Part shown: one piece after another, positions 7,671 to 15,233 of the stretch
Layout of the letters: each line of letters begins with the position of its first letter
Numbering within the stretch: position 1 is the first letter of the stretch
NCBI GenBank assembly: GCA_942493105.1
Contig: OW818668.1
Span: 960,001-992,000, forward strand
Length of the DNA stretch: 32,000 nucleotides
Source of the DNA: an uncultured Erysipelotrichaceae bacterium
GTDB taxonomy: Bacteria > Bacillota_I > Bacilli_A > Erysipelotrichales > Erysipelotrichaceae
Direction: 5' to 3'
Translations under genes and position numbers: made by a program
Notes under the pieces: model-generated
Seen by the model: only the letters and a program-made list of their open reading frames with translations
What the model was told of the DNA's origin: nothing
The model's database searches: none

Positions 7671-8315
7671 ATGGATGCAATCAAATATCGAAGCGAGATT
7701 GACAAATTAGTTCGGTTTATTGGGATGCAGAATTTTTGTTTTGAGCAATTTGATGATAGATGCGTATATGAACATATGAGCGCTGTCATTGTAGATTCGA
7801 TATTACAAGCAGGAATGAATTACGATAGAATTGTTCTTCCTAGAGTTCGGATGCTAATAGAGAAATATGATGATTTCAGAACTACTGAGGATTTTTTGGT
7901 ACTTATTCAAGCAAAACCACTAGGCCAATTAATTAGTTGGCGTAATGAAAAGAAACTAGAAAGAATAAGAAAATTGACTTGGTACTTCTATGAACGTAGG
8001 ATAAATAAAATCTCTGATCTTCAGGAATGGTTTCGGACTGAAGAAAACATAATGAATCTTAGATTAATTAATGGTATTGGTCCAAAAACTGTCGACTACA
8101 TGAAAAAGCTTGTTGGAATAGATACATTTGCTGTTGATCGACATTTGTTTAAATTTCTGGAATTGTCCGGAGTGTGTACAACTGACTATGTGGAAGCAAC
8201 TATAATATATGAAAACGCTTCACTAGAGCTACATATTGATAAATGGACACTTGACAAAGCTATATGGGACCTAATGTCGGCCAATGGATTATTGCACTTA
8301 AGGTTAATCATTTAA
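7671..8315 (+). CDS. HhH-GPD superfamily DNA glycosylase-like protein (EndoIII/OGG2-like)
   Basis: Helix-hairpin-helix LINGIGPKTVDYMKKLVGIDTFAVDRHLF parallels Nth LPGVGRKTANVV...IAVDTHIF. The Lys and the Asp ~17 residues later are retained. The ATG at 7671 has the RBS AAGGA; the track's TTG at 7656 overlaps the queC-like stop by 4 nt and is an alternative start. Confidence 0.65.
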   Translation: MDAIKYRSEIDKLVRFIGMQNFCFEQFDDRCVYEHMSAVIVDSILQAGMNYDRIVLPRVRMLIEKYDDFRTTEDFLVLIQAKPLGQLISWRNEKKLERIRKLTWYFYERRINKISDLQEWFRTEENIMNLRLINGIGPKTVDYMKKLVGIDTFAVDRHLFKFLELSGVCTTDYVEATIIYENASLELHIDKWTLDKAIWDLMSANGLLHLRLII

Positions 8316-8957
8316 TGATTGAGGCATCCAATATATGCTTCACCGACGAATTATGAAGTAGGTAACAATACTGTATATTTCAATGAAACAAATTACTTTT
8401 AAAAATGGACATCCCTGGTATATTATGACAAACCCGAATTCGCTGAGCGCTTTATTACAAACCTATTGCAATAGGGTGAATGATTCAATGGATTTATGTA
8501 TTAATCAAAATTCTTCCTAATAGCGTACCTTTAGGTGATTCTATAATCCTGGTATTTTGTTCAAAATGTTTCATGTGTTTCTATTGTAAAGTTAAAAAAT
8601 CTTGATCACTAAGTATCTAATAGACGAAATCATGATTTGGAGTATTTTGAGATAGTAACAGTACTTCGGTAAAATGTCATGTTGGTATACCTTCACCAGA
8701 ATTTTAGCAATACTCTGACTATACAAAATGTTAATGGCAGATAAAGTATAGAAGGTAATTGCGGATTTTTGAGAGGTTTGAAGGCTGGTTTAAACGAGGG
8801 AAAGAAGAAACCTAATCGCATCTTCCTCTTTACCATGATTTCATTCAATAAATGCGAATATTTGAATTATCATTTCATAGTCAATACACTTTAAACCATT
8901 AGAAAACTGGCTGATTTAGAGGGTTCATGTACTTTGGTGAGGTTATGAGATATAAAA

Positions 8958-8988
8958 ATATCTTCTTGCATATTTATGAAGAAGATAT
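8958..8988 (-). terminator. Hairpin downstream of the GntR/EIIB unit (weak intrinsic terminator)
   Basis: ATATCTTCTT (8958-8967) pairs with AAGAAGATAT (8979-8988). On the minus strand the stem is followed by TTTTAT. Confidence 0.35.
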
Positions 8989-9112
8989 ATTGAGAACTTT
9001 TCAATATTTTATGCTGTAATTTCCGGCATTTTCATTTTGTATGGTCCGAGATTTCTAAAATCAATTAATCTACAATTAAAAATATATTGTGTTGAAATTT
9101 TTGACCTTCAAC

Positions 9113-9829
9113 TTAATTATCATCTATATTTCTAGAAATGGATATAGCCATTCGATCTGTTCTATAGTAATTGATGGAAATAAAAATGGGATCATGTTTT
9201 CGTGTAAAAAATGTCATTGTAGATTTGATCAGAGGAAAACCAACGGAAACATCTAGGTTATTTGCTATGGCAGCATCAGCATTTAAAGCAATCAATTCTT
9301 GCTTTCCATATGCTAAGTTGATATTCTTCGATTTAAGGTGTTCAACAATGGAACCCTCAGCAATCTCTTTTGTGATTGATCCGCATATTTTGGTTACCCA
9401 ATATGATTCTTCATACAACACTTCTAAATTATTAACATATCTAATGCGATTGATCACCCATACCTCATCTTCATCGCTTATACCTAAATAGTTTTGAGTA
9501 ATCAATGGGCATTTTCGTTTTTCAATAGACAAAACTTTACTGCTGGGCACATTACCAAGCATTTTGGTGCTTTCAGTAAAACTGACAACTTTTCCCACCC
9601 TTTTTTCAAGCATCCTTGTTTTAACAAAGGTCCCTTTGCCTCTTTCTCGAGTTAAGTAACCTTTTTCTTCCAGATACTTCAAAGCATGTCTTATTGTTAC
9701 TCGAGAGACACCAAATATGTCAGCTAACTCATCTTCTGAAGGGATTTTTGATCCAGCAGGATACTCTTCGAATTGAATCTTCTCATATATCTTATCGGAC
9801 ACAAATTGATACTTTAGTTCGTTTGCCAT
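9113..9829 (-). CDS. GntR-family transcriptional regulator, HutC subfamily (wHTH + UTRA effector domain)
   Basis: N-terminal LPSEDELADIFGVSRVTIRHALKYLEEKGYL, typical of GntR wHTH domains. The ~238-aa length and C-terminal pattern are typical of UTRA. Confidence 0.85.
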   Translation of the reverse strand: MANELKYQFVSDKIYEKIQFEEYPAGSKIPSEDELADIFGVSRVTIRHALKYLEEKGYLTRERGKGTFVKTRMLEKRVGKVVSFTESTKMLGNVPSSKVLSIEKRKCPLITQNYLGISDEDEVWVINRIRYVNNLEVLYEESYWVTKICGSITKEIAEGSIVEHLKSKNINLAYGKQELIALNADAAIANNLDVSVGFPLIKSTMTFFTRKHDPIFISINYYRTDRMAISISRNIDDN

Positions 9830-9844
9830 AACACACCCCTACCT

Positions 9845-10129
9845 TTAGTCCACTTTATATTTGCTAATGTAATCTTCTAATGCTGCCTTCACTTCACTGA
9901 CTGACATATATCGTTTTATCTCATAAACAGGAATATTGCGAGTGGTTCTAAACTCATCTGCTAAATCACTTGATGTAAATATAACATCACATTTTATGCT
10001 TCTAGCAGTTGTTAAATCCGTGTTTTCAGCTTCAAAATCATAACCCAATTCTCTTAATGCTTTATCTATACTGATTTTTAGCAATAATGATGATCCAACA
10101 CCAAATCCACAGACAGCAACTATTTTCAT
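9845..10129 (-). CDS. PTS EIIB component, ascorbate/galactitol (L-Asc) family
   Basis: MKIVAVCGFGVGSS carries the active-site Cys loop. The ~94-aa size fits the family. Confidence 0.8.
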   Translation of the reverse strand: MKIVAVCGFGVGSSLLLKISIDKALRELGYDFEAENTDLTTARSIKCDVIFTSSDLADEFRTTRNIPVYEIKRYMSVSEVKAALEDYISKYKVD

Positions 10130-10333
10130 GTTTTAACCTCTTTCCACTGCAACTTTAATTATACAACATAAATGACTGTTTTCAAGCATATGTACTATAT
10201 ATGTTCTATCAAAATATTCATAAAGCCTATTAAATATGGTTATATCCCGCTTAAACTGTATATATGTATTATAATAATTTCATTATTGTATTGTATTTGT
10301 ATCTATTATATGTTTATATTATTCTAAGATGAG

Positions 10334-10780
10334 GTGAGCACTGTGTTAATTGAATTACTCAAAAACAATATACAACACGTTAATCAAGTCAATAGTTGGA
10401 AAGAAGCCATACTCCTTTCTGCGAACCCTCTTTTACAAAATAATTCAATAACCAGCACCTATACAGACGCAATGATCGATATGTGTGAGAAGTTTAAAGG
10501 ATACATTGTCCTAAATGATTATTTTGCCATGCCACATGCTACATCAACCTTTGGTGTCAATAAACTATCCATAAGTTTATTGATCTTAAAAGAATCTGTC
10601 GATTTTTTCGGAAAACCAGTTCACTTGGTTTTAACATTAGCCCCAATCGACAATCATTCGCACCTTCAATTACTCCAAGAAGTAGCTCTTTACTTTAGTG
10701 AAGTTGATGTCATTCTTGAAATTGCTAAAACAACAAGCACAGAAGATGTGTTCGAAATACTCAAAAGGAAAGGAAGGTGA
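10334..10780 (+). CDS. PTS EIIA component (EIIA type 2, ascorbate/mannitol-fructose class)
   Basis: 148 aa, contains FAMPHA (phosphorylatable His context), and sits next to the EIIC gene. The GTG at 10343 after AGGTGA may be the true start. Confidence 0.7.
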   Translation: MSTVLIELLKNNIQHVNQVNSWKEAILLSANPLLQNNSITSTYTDAMIDMCEKFKGYIVLNDYFAMPHATSTFGVNKLSISLLILKESVDFFGKPVHLVLTLAPIDNHSHLQLLQEVALYFSEVDVILEIAKTTSTEDVFEILKRKGR

Positions 10781-10841
10781 CTAAAAGATCATTCGAACCA
10801 TGTTGAGTGTTTGATGTCCAAAAAACAAAAAGGAGAAAAAA

Positions 10842-12116
10842 ATGCTTGTAATATGGAATTTAGTCATAAATAATATTTTTAGAAATCCTCCGGTTTTAAT
10901 CGGTTGTATCGCCGCGCTTGGTCTCATACTACAAAAGAAGAAAGTTGAAGATATATTTAAAGGGGCAGTATTGGCGGCAGCAGGTTTGTATATGCTGACC
11001 GAAGGTGTCAATTTCTTATCAAGTTCAATTACTGCGATCAACGTTGTATTTAGACAAATTGCGGGTACAACTGTACCGGCTGGTTTAGATGCAGCATCGT
11101 TTATTGTTGAATTTGGATCAGAAACTGGTCTTGCTATGTTCTTTGGATTAATTTTGCATCTGTTCATTGCGCGGTTTACGCCTATCAAAACAGTATTCTT
11201 AACTGGGCACTTCTTGTGGTGGTTCCCATTAACCTTTACTGCTGCAGGTGTTGAAGGGGGATTAGTTGGTGTTCCATTAATTGTTTTTGCTGCTATTTGT
11301 TCAGCGATTTATTGGTCTGTTGCACCTTGGATCTTGAAGAAATTCGTTTGGGATGTTACAAATGATAAAACTTGGATTCTTGGTCATCCAACAGGTATCT
11401 TGAGCCTTATTGCAGGTAATGTTTCTAGACTCGTTGGAGACAAAAAGAAATCGACCGAAGACTTAGTTCTTCCTAAGAGACTGTCTTTCTTAAAAGAAAT
11501 CTCAGTCATTGGTTTCTTAGTTATTTTCTTACTTTATCTCGTGGTTGACTTCTCATTTGGGGGAAAGATTGCCGTATATGCTGCCACACCAATTTTTGCT
11601 TATGCCATTAATATGGGCTTAAGATTTGGTGTTGGATTACTTATTTTGCTACAAGGGGTTAGAATGCTCATTAATCAGATCGTTCCTGCCTTTGAAGGAA
11701 TCTCAACGAAGTTGATTCCTAATGCTATTCCTGCCTATGATTGTCCTTTGTTGTTCCCATACAAGCCAAATGCTTTGATTATTGGATTCTTGACCGCTAT
11801 GGTTGTATCTGTACCTTTGATGTTCTACTTCAATTCAATCAACTTGTTTGGAATAATGGTTGTCCCACTGGTAATCACATGTTTCTTTGAATGTGGAACT
11901 GCAGCCATCATCGCAGATGCTCAGGGTGGTCTAAGAGGCGCAATTATTGGAACAGCTGTCGCTGCTATTGCAATGGTATTGTTGGTTGGTTATTCTTCTG
12001 CTTTCTTTGAACACACGATTCAAAACAGAATGTTGGTGGTCTCCGGAAATGACTATTCGCTCTATGGACCATTAGCGGGTTTTCTAGCTAGACTTATTTC
12101 TACTTTTATAGGGTAG
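10842..12116 (+). CDS. PTS EIIC permease, UlaA/SgaT (ascorbate) family
   Basis: 424-aa polytopic membrane protein. RBS AAGGAG is upstream. It clusters with L-Asc-type EIIA and EIIB genes. Confidence 0.8.
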   Translation: MLVIWNLVINNIFRNPPVLIGCIAALGLILQKKKVEDIFKGAVLAAAGLYMLTEGVNFLSSSITAINVVFRQIAGTTVPAGLDAASFIVEFGSETGLAMFFGLILHLFIARFTPIKTVFLTGHFLWWFPLTFTAAGVEGGLVGVPLIVFAAICSAIYWSVAPWILKKFVWDVTNDKTWILGHPTGILSLIAGNVSRLVGDKKKSTEDLVLPKRLSFLKEISVIGFLVIFLLYLVVDFSFGGKIAVYAATPIFAYAINMGLRFGVGLLILLQGVRMLINQIVPAFEGISTKLIPNAIPAYDCPLLFPYKPNALIIGFLTAMVVSVPLMFYFNSINLFGIMVVPLVITCFFECGTAAIIADAQGGLRGAIIGTAVAAIAMVLLVGYSSAFFEHTIQNRMLVVSGNDYSLYGPLAGFLARLISTFIG

Positions 12117-12169
12117 TGTAGTATTGTTATCTTACTGGTTGTCCGGAAGTATTCCAAAGGAGAAAAAGT

Positions 12170-12409
12170 ATGAGTGAGCAAAGCACACAAGTAGAGGTTA
12201 AAAGTAAACTTCCTAAAATGGGTCTCTTTGTTTCAATATTTTCTTTATTCATAAGCTTCTATGGCTTGTTGGCTTTATTATCTATTGTTCTCTGCTTAGT
12301 TGCTTATACAAATTATCATACAGATAAAAATGCTCGGTTTTACTCACTTCTTGGTATAGTTCTAGGAACTGCTAGTTTATTGTATTCTTACTTAATTATG
12401 GTAAATTAA
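12170..12409 (+). CDS. Small membrane protein (two predicted TM helices), function unknown
   Basis: 79 aa with hydrophobic stretches LFVSIFSLFISFYGLLALLSIVLCLVAY and LLGIVLGTASLLYSYLIMV. RBS AAGGAG is upstream and a terminator follows. Confidence 0.55.
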   Translation: MSEQSTQVEVKSKLPKMGLFVSIFSLFISFYGLLALLSIVLCLVAYTNYHTDKNARFYSLLGIVLGTASLLYSYLIMVN

Positions 12410-12444
12410 ATTCTAGTTAAGTAATGTTTTGTAATTAAAACATT

Positions 12445-12491
12445 AAGACACAAAACCCCAATTATTTCATAGGAGTTTTGTGTCTTTTATT
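12445..12491 (+). terminator. Rho-independent terminator after the PTS genes
   Basis: The 12-bp stem AAGACACAAAAC (12445-12456) / GTTTTGTGTCTT (12475-12486) is followed by TTAT. A second small hairpin, AATGTTTT/AAAACATT, lies just upstream at 12423-12444. Confidence 0.7.
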
Positions 12492-12697
12492 GAATTATCT
12501 ATTCAGAATTGTTACAAGTTTATCCATTGATCTTTTAATATATCTGGATATAACTTTAATGTCATGTTGATAGTAGAATGTTCGATTTGTTTTGGGACAA
12601 GTTTAGTTTTGTAGAGCTGTACTATTAAAATTGAATGAATAGTAAGTAAAACCCATTTCTGTAGACTTATTTTCCTAAAAGTGTATCATAGGGTCAT

Positions 12698-13990
12698 ATG
12701 AACACACACGACACACAAACCATAAAGCACTGGCAAAAAATCACTTCAGATTTTGAACAAACCATGAATCATTGGGAAAGTGAACTTTTCAAAATCCCTG
12801 AACTTGGTTTCAAAGAAATCAAAACTCGTGAAAAGATTCTTTCCTACGCAAAAACCTTTGGATTAGAACTTGATCAAGATTTCGGAATCAATGGCTTTAC
12901 GTTAAAAAGTGGTCATGGTCATCCCCATATTGGGATCCTTGCTGAGATGGATGCTCTGGTTGTCCCTAATCATCCAACCGCAACCAACATTGATCACGCA
13001 GCTCACAGTTGCGGTCATCATCTTCAAAGTGTCATCATGTTGAGTGCTTTGGGTTTATTTCATCAAAATCGTGATCCAAAACGTTCTGGAACCATTACTT
13101 TGTTTTGTATCGCTGCTGAAGAATACATCGATCTGGATTATCGCAAGACTTTAAAAGATGAAGGCAAGATCACCTTGTATTCCGGTAAACAGAATCTGCT
13201 TTTAGAAAATGCTTTTAAAGATGTTGATCTCATTTTATCTGCTCATACGATGGGTCCAACCGAAAAACCGATGATCGAATTGAATTCTAAACTCAGTGGT
13301 TTTATCTATAAAAAGATTCACTTCAAAGGTTTAAGTTCCCATGCTGCTGTGGCGCCTCATTTGGGTGTCAATGCTTTAAATGCGATGAACCTTACTCAAA
13401 ATGCGATCGCATTCTTACGTGAAAGCTTTGAAGAAAAAGATATGGTCAGAGTTCATCTGATGAGTAGCTTAGGGGGTCAATCCGTCAATACGGTTCCTTC
13501 ACATACGATCTTGGAAGGGTATGTCAGATCAATCAATCCTGTGTCACTTCAACTCATCAATGAACGCATTACTAATGCTGCTCATCACAGCGCCTTAGCA
13601 CTTGGCGCCAGTGCTGAAATCGAAGATACCCCAGGCTATTTACCTTTGATTCAAGATGAACTTGTTAACGAAGTCCTAAGGCCTTATGCGGTAGCTTTGG
13701 TAGGGGAGGATGGTCTTTTAGATCATCAGTCTAGTTTTGCTTCAGGGGATATGGGAGATCTATCTATGTTTGTCCCAACCATACAATTTGGATTCTCAGG
13801 TTGTAGCGGAAGGATTCATGGGGATGACTTTAAAATGGCCAACAGTCAAGAAGCCTTGGTCAATCCAGTGGTCTTATGTTTAAGTGTCTTTGAGGATCTG
13901 CTTCATGATCCAACCAAAGTCACAAAGATCACCCAACACTTCAAACCCAAGATGACCCTAGAAGATTTCAAAAAACTCCATAAACTATAA
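12698..13990 (+). CDS. M20D-family amidohydrolase / metallopeptidase (AbgB/hippurate-hydrolase-like)
   Basis: Metal-binding context AAHSCGHHLQ (HxCGHD-type). The ~430-aa length and the EMDAL and GGQSVNTVP patterns fit the M20 family. Confidence 0.7.
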   Translation: MNTHDTQTIKHWQKITSDFEQTMNHWESELFKIPELGFKEIKTREKILSYAKTFGLELDQDFGINGFTLKSGHGHPHIGILAEMDALVVPNHPTATNIDHAAHSCGHHLQSVIMLSALGLFHQNRDPKRSGTITLFCIAAEEYIDLDYRKTLKDEGKITLYSGKQNLLLENAFKDVDLILSAHTMGPTEKPMIELNSKLSGFIYKKIHFKGLSSHAAVAPHLGVNALNAMNLTQNAIAFLRESFEEKDMVRVHLMSSLGGQSVNTVPSHTILEGYVRSINPVSLQLINERITNAAHHSALALGASAEIEDTPGYLPLIQDELVNEVLRPYAVALVGEDGLLDHQSSFASGDMGDLSMFVPTIQFGFSGCSGRIHGDDFKMANSQEALVNPVVLCLSVFEDLLHDPTKVTKITQHFKPKMTLEDFKKLHKL

Positions 13991-13993
13991 ACT

Positions 13994-14020
13994 AGAGCTC
14001 ACAATGATATTGTGAGCTCT
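13994..14020 (+). terminator. Hairpin terminator after the M20D gene
   Basis: Perfect 12-bp stem AGAGCTCACAAT / ATTGTGAGCTCT with the 3-nt loop GAT. The U-tract (TATCTT) is weak. Confidence 0.55.
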
Positions 14021-14047
14021 TATCTTGTGGTTACAATTATGTGAAAA

Positions 14048-14061
14048 TGAAAACGCTATCA
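14048..14061. promoter_or_regulatory. cre-like (CcpA) site
   Basis: TGAAAACGCTATCA fits the consensus TGWAANCGNTNWCA at every constrained position. It lies just upstream of the -35 element. Confidence 0.5.
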
Positions 14062-14068
14062 GTTTTTA

Positions 14069-14097
14069 TTGACATTTTTTTATTTATTTGATAAAGT
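14069..14097 (+). promoter_or_regulatory. Sigma-A promoter of the LacI/nucleoside-salvage operon
   Basis: TTGACA (14069-14074), a 17-nt spacer ending in TGa, then TAAAGT (14092-14097). This is an extended -10 configuration. Confidence 0.55.
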
Positions 14098-14108
14098 AAA
14101 AATATCTT

Positions 14109-14124
14109 AGTAAAACGCTTTACT
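14109..14124. promoter_or_regulatory. LacI-family operator, copy 1
   Basis: AGTAAAACGCTTTACT is a 16-bp near-palindrome centred on CG. It is identical to copy 2 and sits just downstream of the -10 element. Confidence 0.6.
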
Positions 14125-14162
14125 TAATCTGAATTAACCTCTATTTTCTTCTTAATCGCTTT

Positions 14163-14178
14163 AGTAAAACGCTTTACT
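14163..14178. promoter_or_regulatory. LacI-family operator, copy 2
   Basis: Identical 16-mer AGTAAAACGCTTTACT, 54 bp from copy 1 and 18 bp upstream of the lacI-family start codon. Confidence 0.6.
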
Positions 14179-14195
14179 AAACCCTAGGGGGCTCA

Positions 14196-15233
14196 ATGAA
14201 ACCAACAATCAAGGATGTTGCTAAGAAATCAGGTTTCTCGATCACATCCGTTTCTCAAGTACTAAACAACAAACCCAATGCGATCCCTGTTCAAAGCAAG
14301 GCTAAAATCATTGAAGCCGCCAAGGAATTGAACTATCGTCCCAATCGCTTGGCTGTCAGTCTGGTCACAAAGTCAACAAAAGTCTTAGGTTTGGTTATTC
14401 CGGATAACAGTAACTTATTCTTCTCAGAGCTTTCAAAATCCATCGAAGTTGCTGCTCGTAAAAAAGGCTACAGTATCATTTACGGCAATACCAATAACGA
14501 ATCCTTCAGAGATATCGAATACTTACGCTTATTTGTCGACCTTCAAGTCGATGGGATCATTGTTACCAAGGCATCCAGTTTAAACGTCGAAGAAGATGTT
14601 GAAAACTTAAGTTTCTTAGAACACGTCAGAAAGCCTTATGTGATCGTTGATAGACCGACTCAAGGCATCGAAAGTAATCTTGTCTATGTCGATAACGTTA
14701 TCGGCGGAGAATTGGCAACCCAACATTTGTTGGATCTAGGACATACAAAGATCGGTTGTTTTACGGGTCCTCACAGCTTAGTCAACAGTGAACTGCGCTT
14801 GGAAGGTTATAAAAAAGCCATCCAAAAATCAGGACTAGATTTTGATCAGAGTTTGATATTTGAAGGGAATTTCTCTATGGGTCTGGAAAGTGCCGCCATG
14901 GATCACTTTCTAAAAGAAAAAGTTAGTGCTGTTTTCTGTTTCAACGACATCATGGCATTTGGACTCTATCGTGAAGCAGCACATAGAGGCATCAACATCC
15001 CCAACGATCTATCCATCGTTGGTTACGATAATGTCCAATTGGCAGACATCGTCTATCCTGGTTTGACCACCATTCATCAACCCATCGACGCGATCGGTGA
15101 AGAAGCCATCAAGATGTTGGTCAACGTCATCGAAGACGCAAAAAACGACACTAAAAACATCCAAACCAAAACATTGGAACCCAGTCTTATCCTTAGAGGT
15201 TCTACTCGTCATCTTGAAAGGAAATCGTCATGA
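14196..15233 (+). CDS. LacI-family transcriptional regulator
   Basis: N-terminal HTH MKPTIKDVAKKSGFSITSVSQVLNN. The rest is a periplasmic-binding-protein-like sugar-binding core. Confidence 0.9.
   Translation: MKPTIKDVAKKSGFSITSVSQVLNNKPNAIPVQSKAKIIEAAKELNYRPNRLAVSLVTKSTKVLGLVIPDNSNLFFSELSKSIEVAARKKGYSIIYGNTNNESFRDIEYLRLFVDLQVDGIIVTKASSLNVEEDVENLSFLEHVRKPYVIVDRPTQGIESNLVYVDNVIGGELATQHLLDLGHTKIGCFTGPHSLVNSELRLEGYKKAIQKSGLDFDQSLIFEGNFSMGLESAAMDHFLKEKVSAVFCFNDIMAFGLYREAAHRGINIPNDLSIVGYDNVQLADIVYPGLTTIHQPIDAIGEEAIKMLVNVIEDAKNDTKNIQTKTLEPSLILRGSTRHLERKSS

Noticed and set aside
5321-8315. Classifying the QueC-like operon as type IV CBASS, QatABCD or a Dpd DNA-modification cluster
   Set aside because: The window has no CD-NTase/SMODS-like protein, TGT/DpdA-like transglycosylase, QatA-type ATPase, TatD nuclease or DpdB-K helicase/ATPase genes. 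Only the QueC-like and glycosylase-like components are shared, so the cassette is treated as unclassified.
7580-11188. Antisense or overlapping track ORFs 7580-7789(-), 9171-9491(+) and 10781-11188(-)
   Set aside because: They lie entirely inside, or antisense to, well-supported genes (QueC-like/HhH, GntR, EIIC). They have low-complexity or odd composition and no RBS or motif support.
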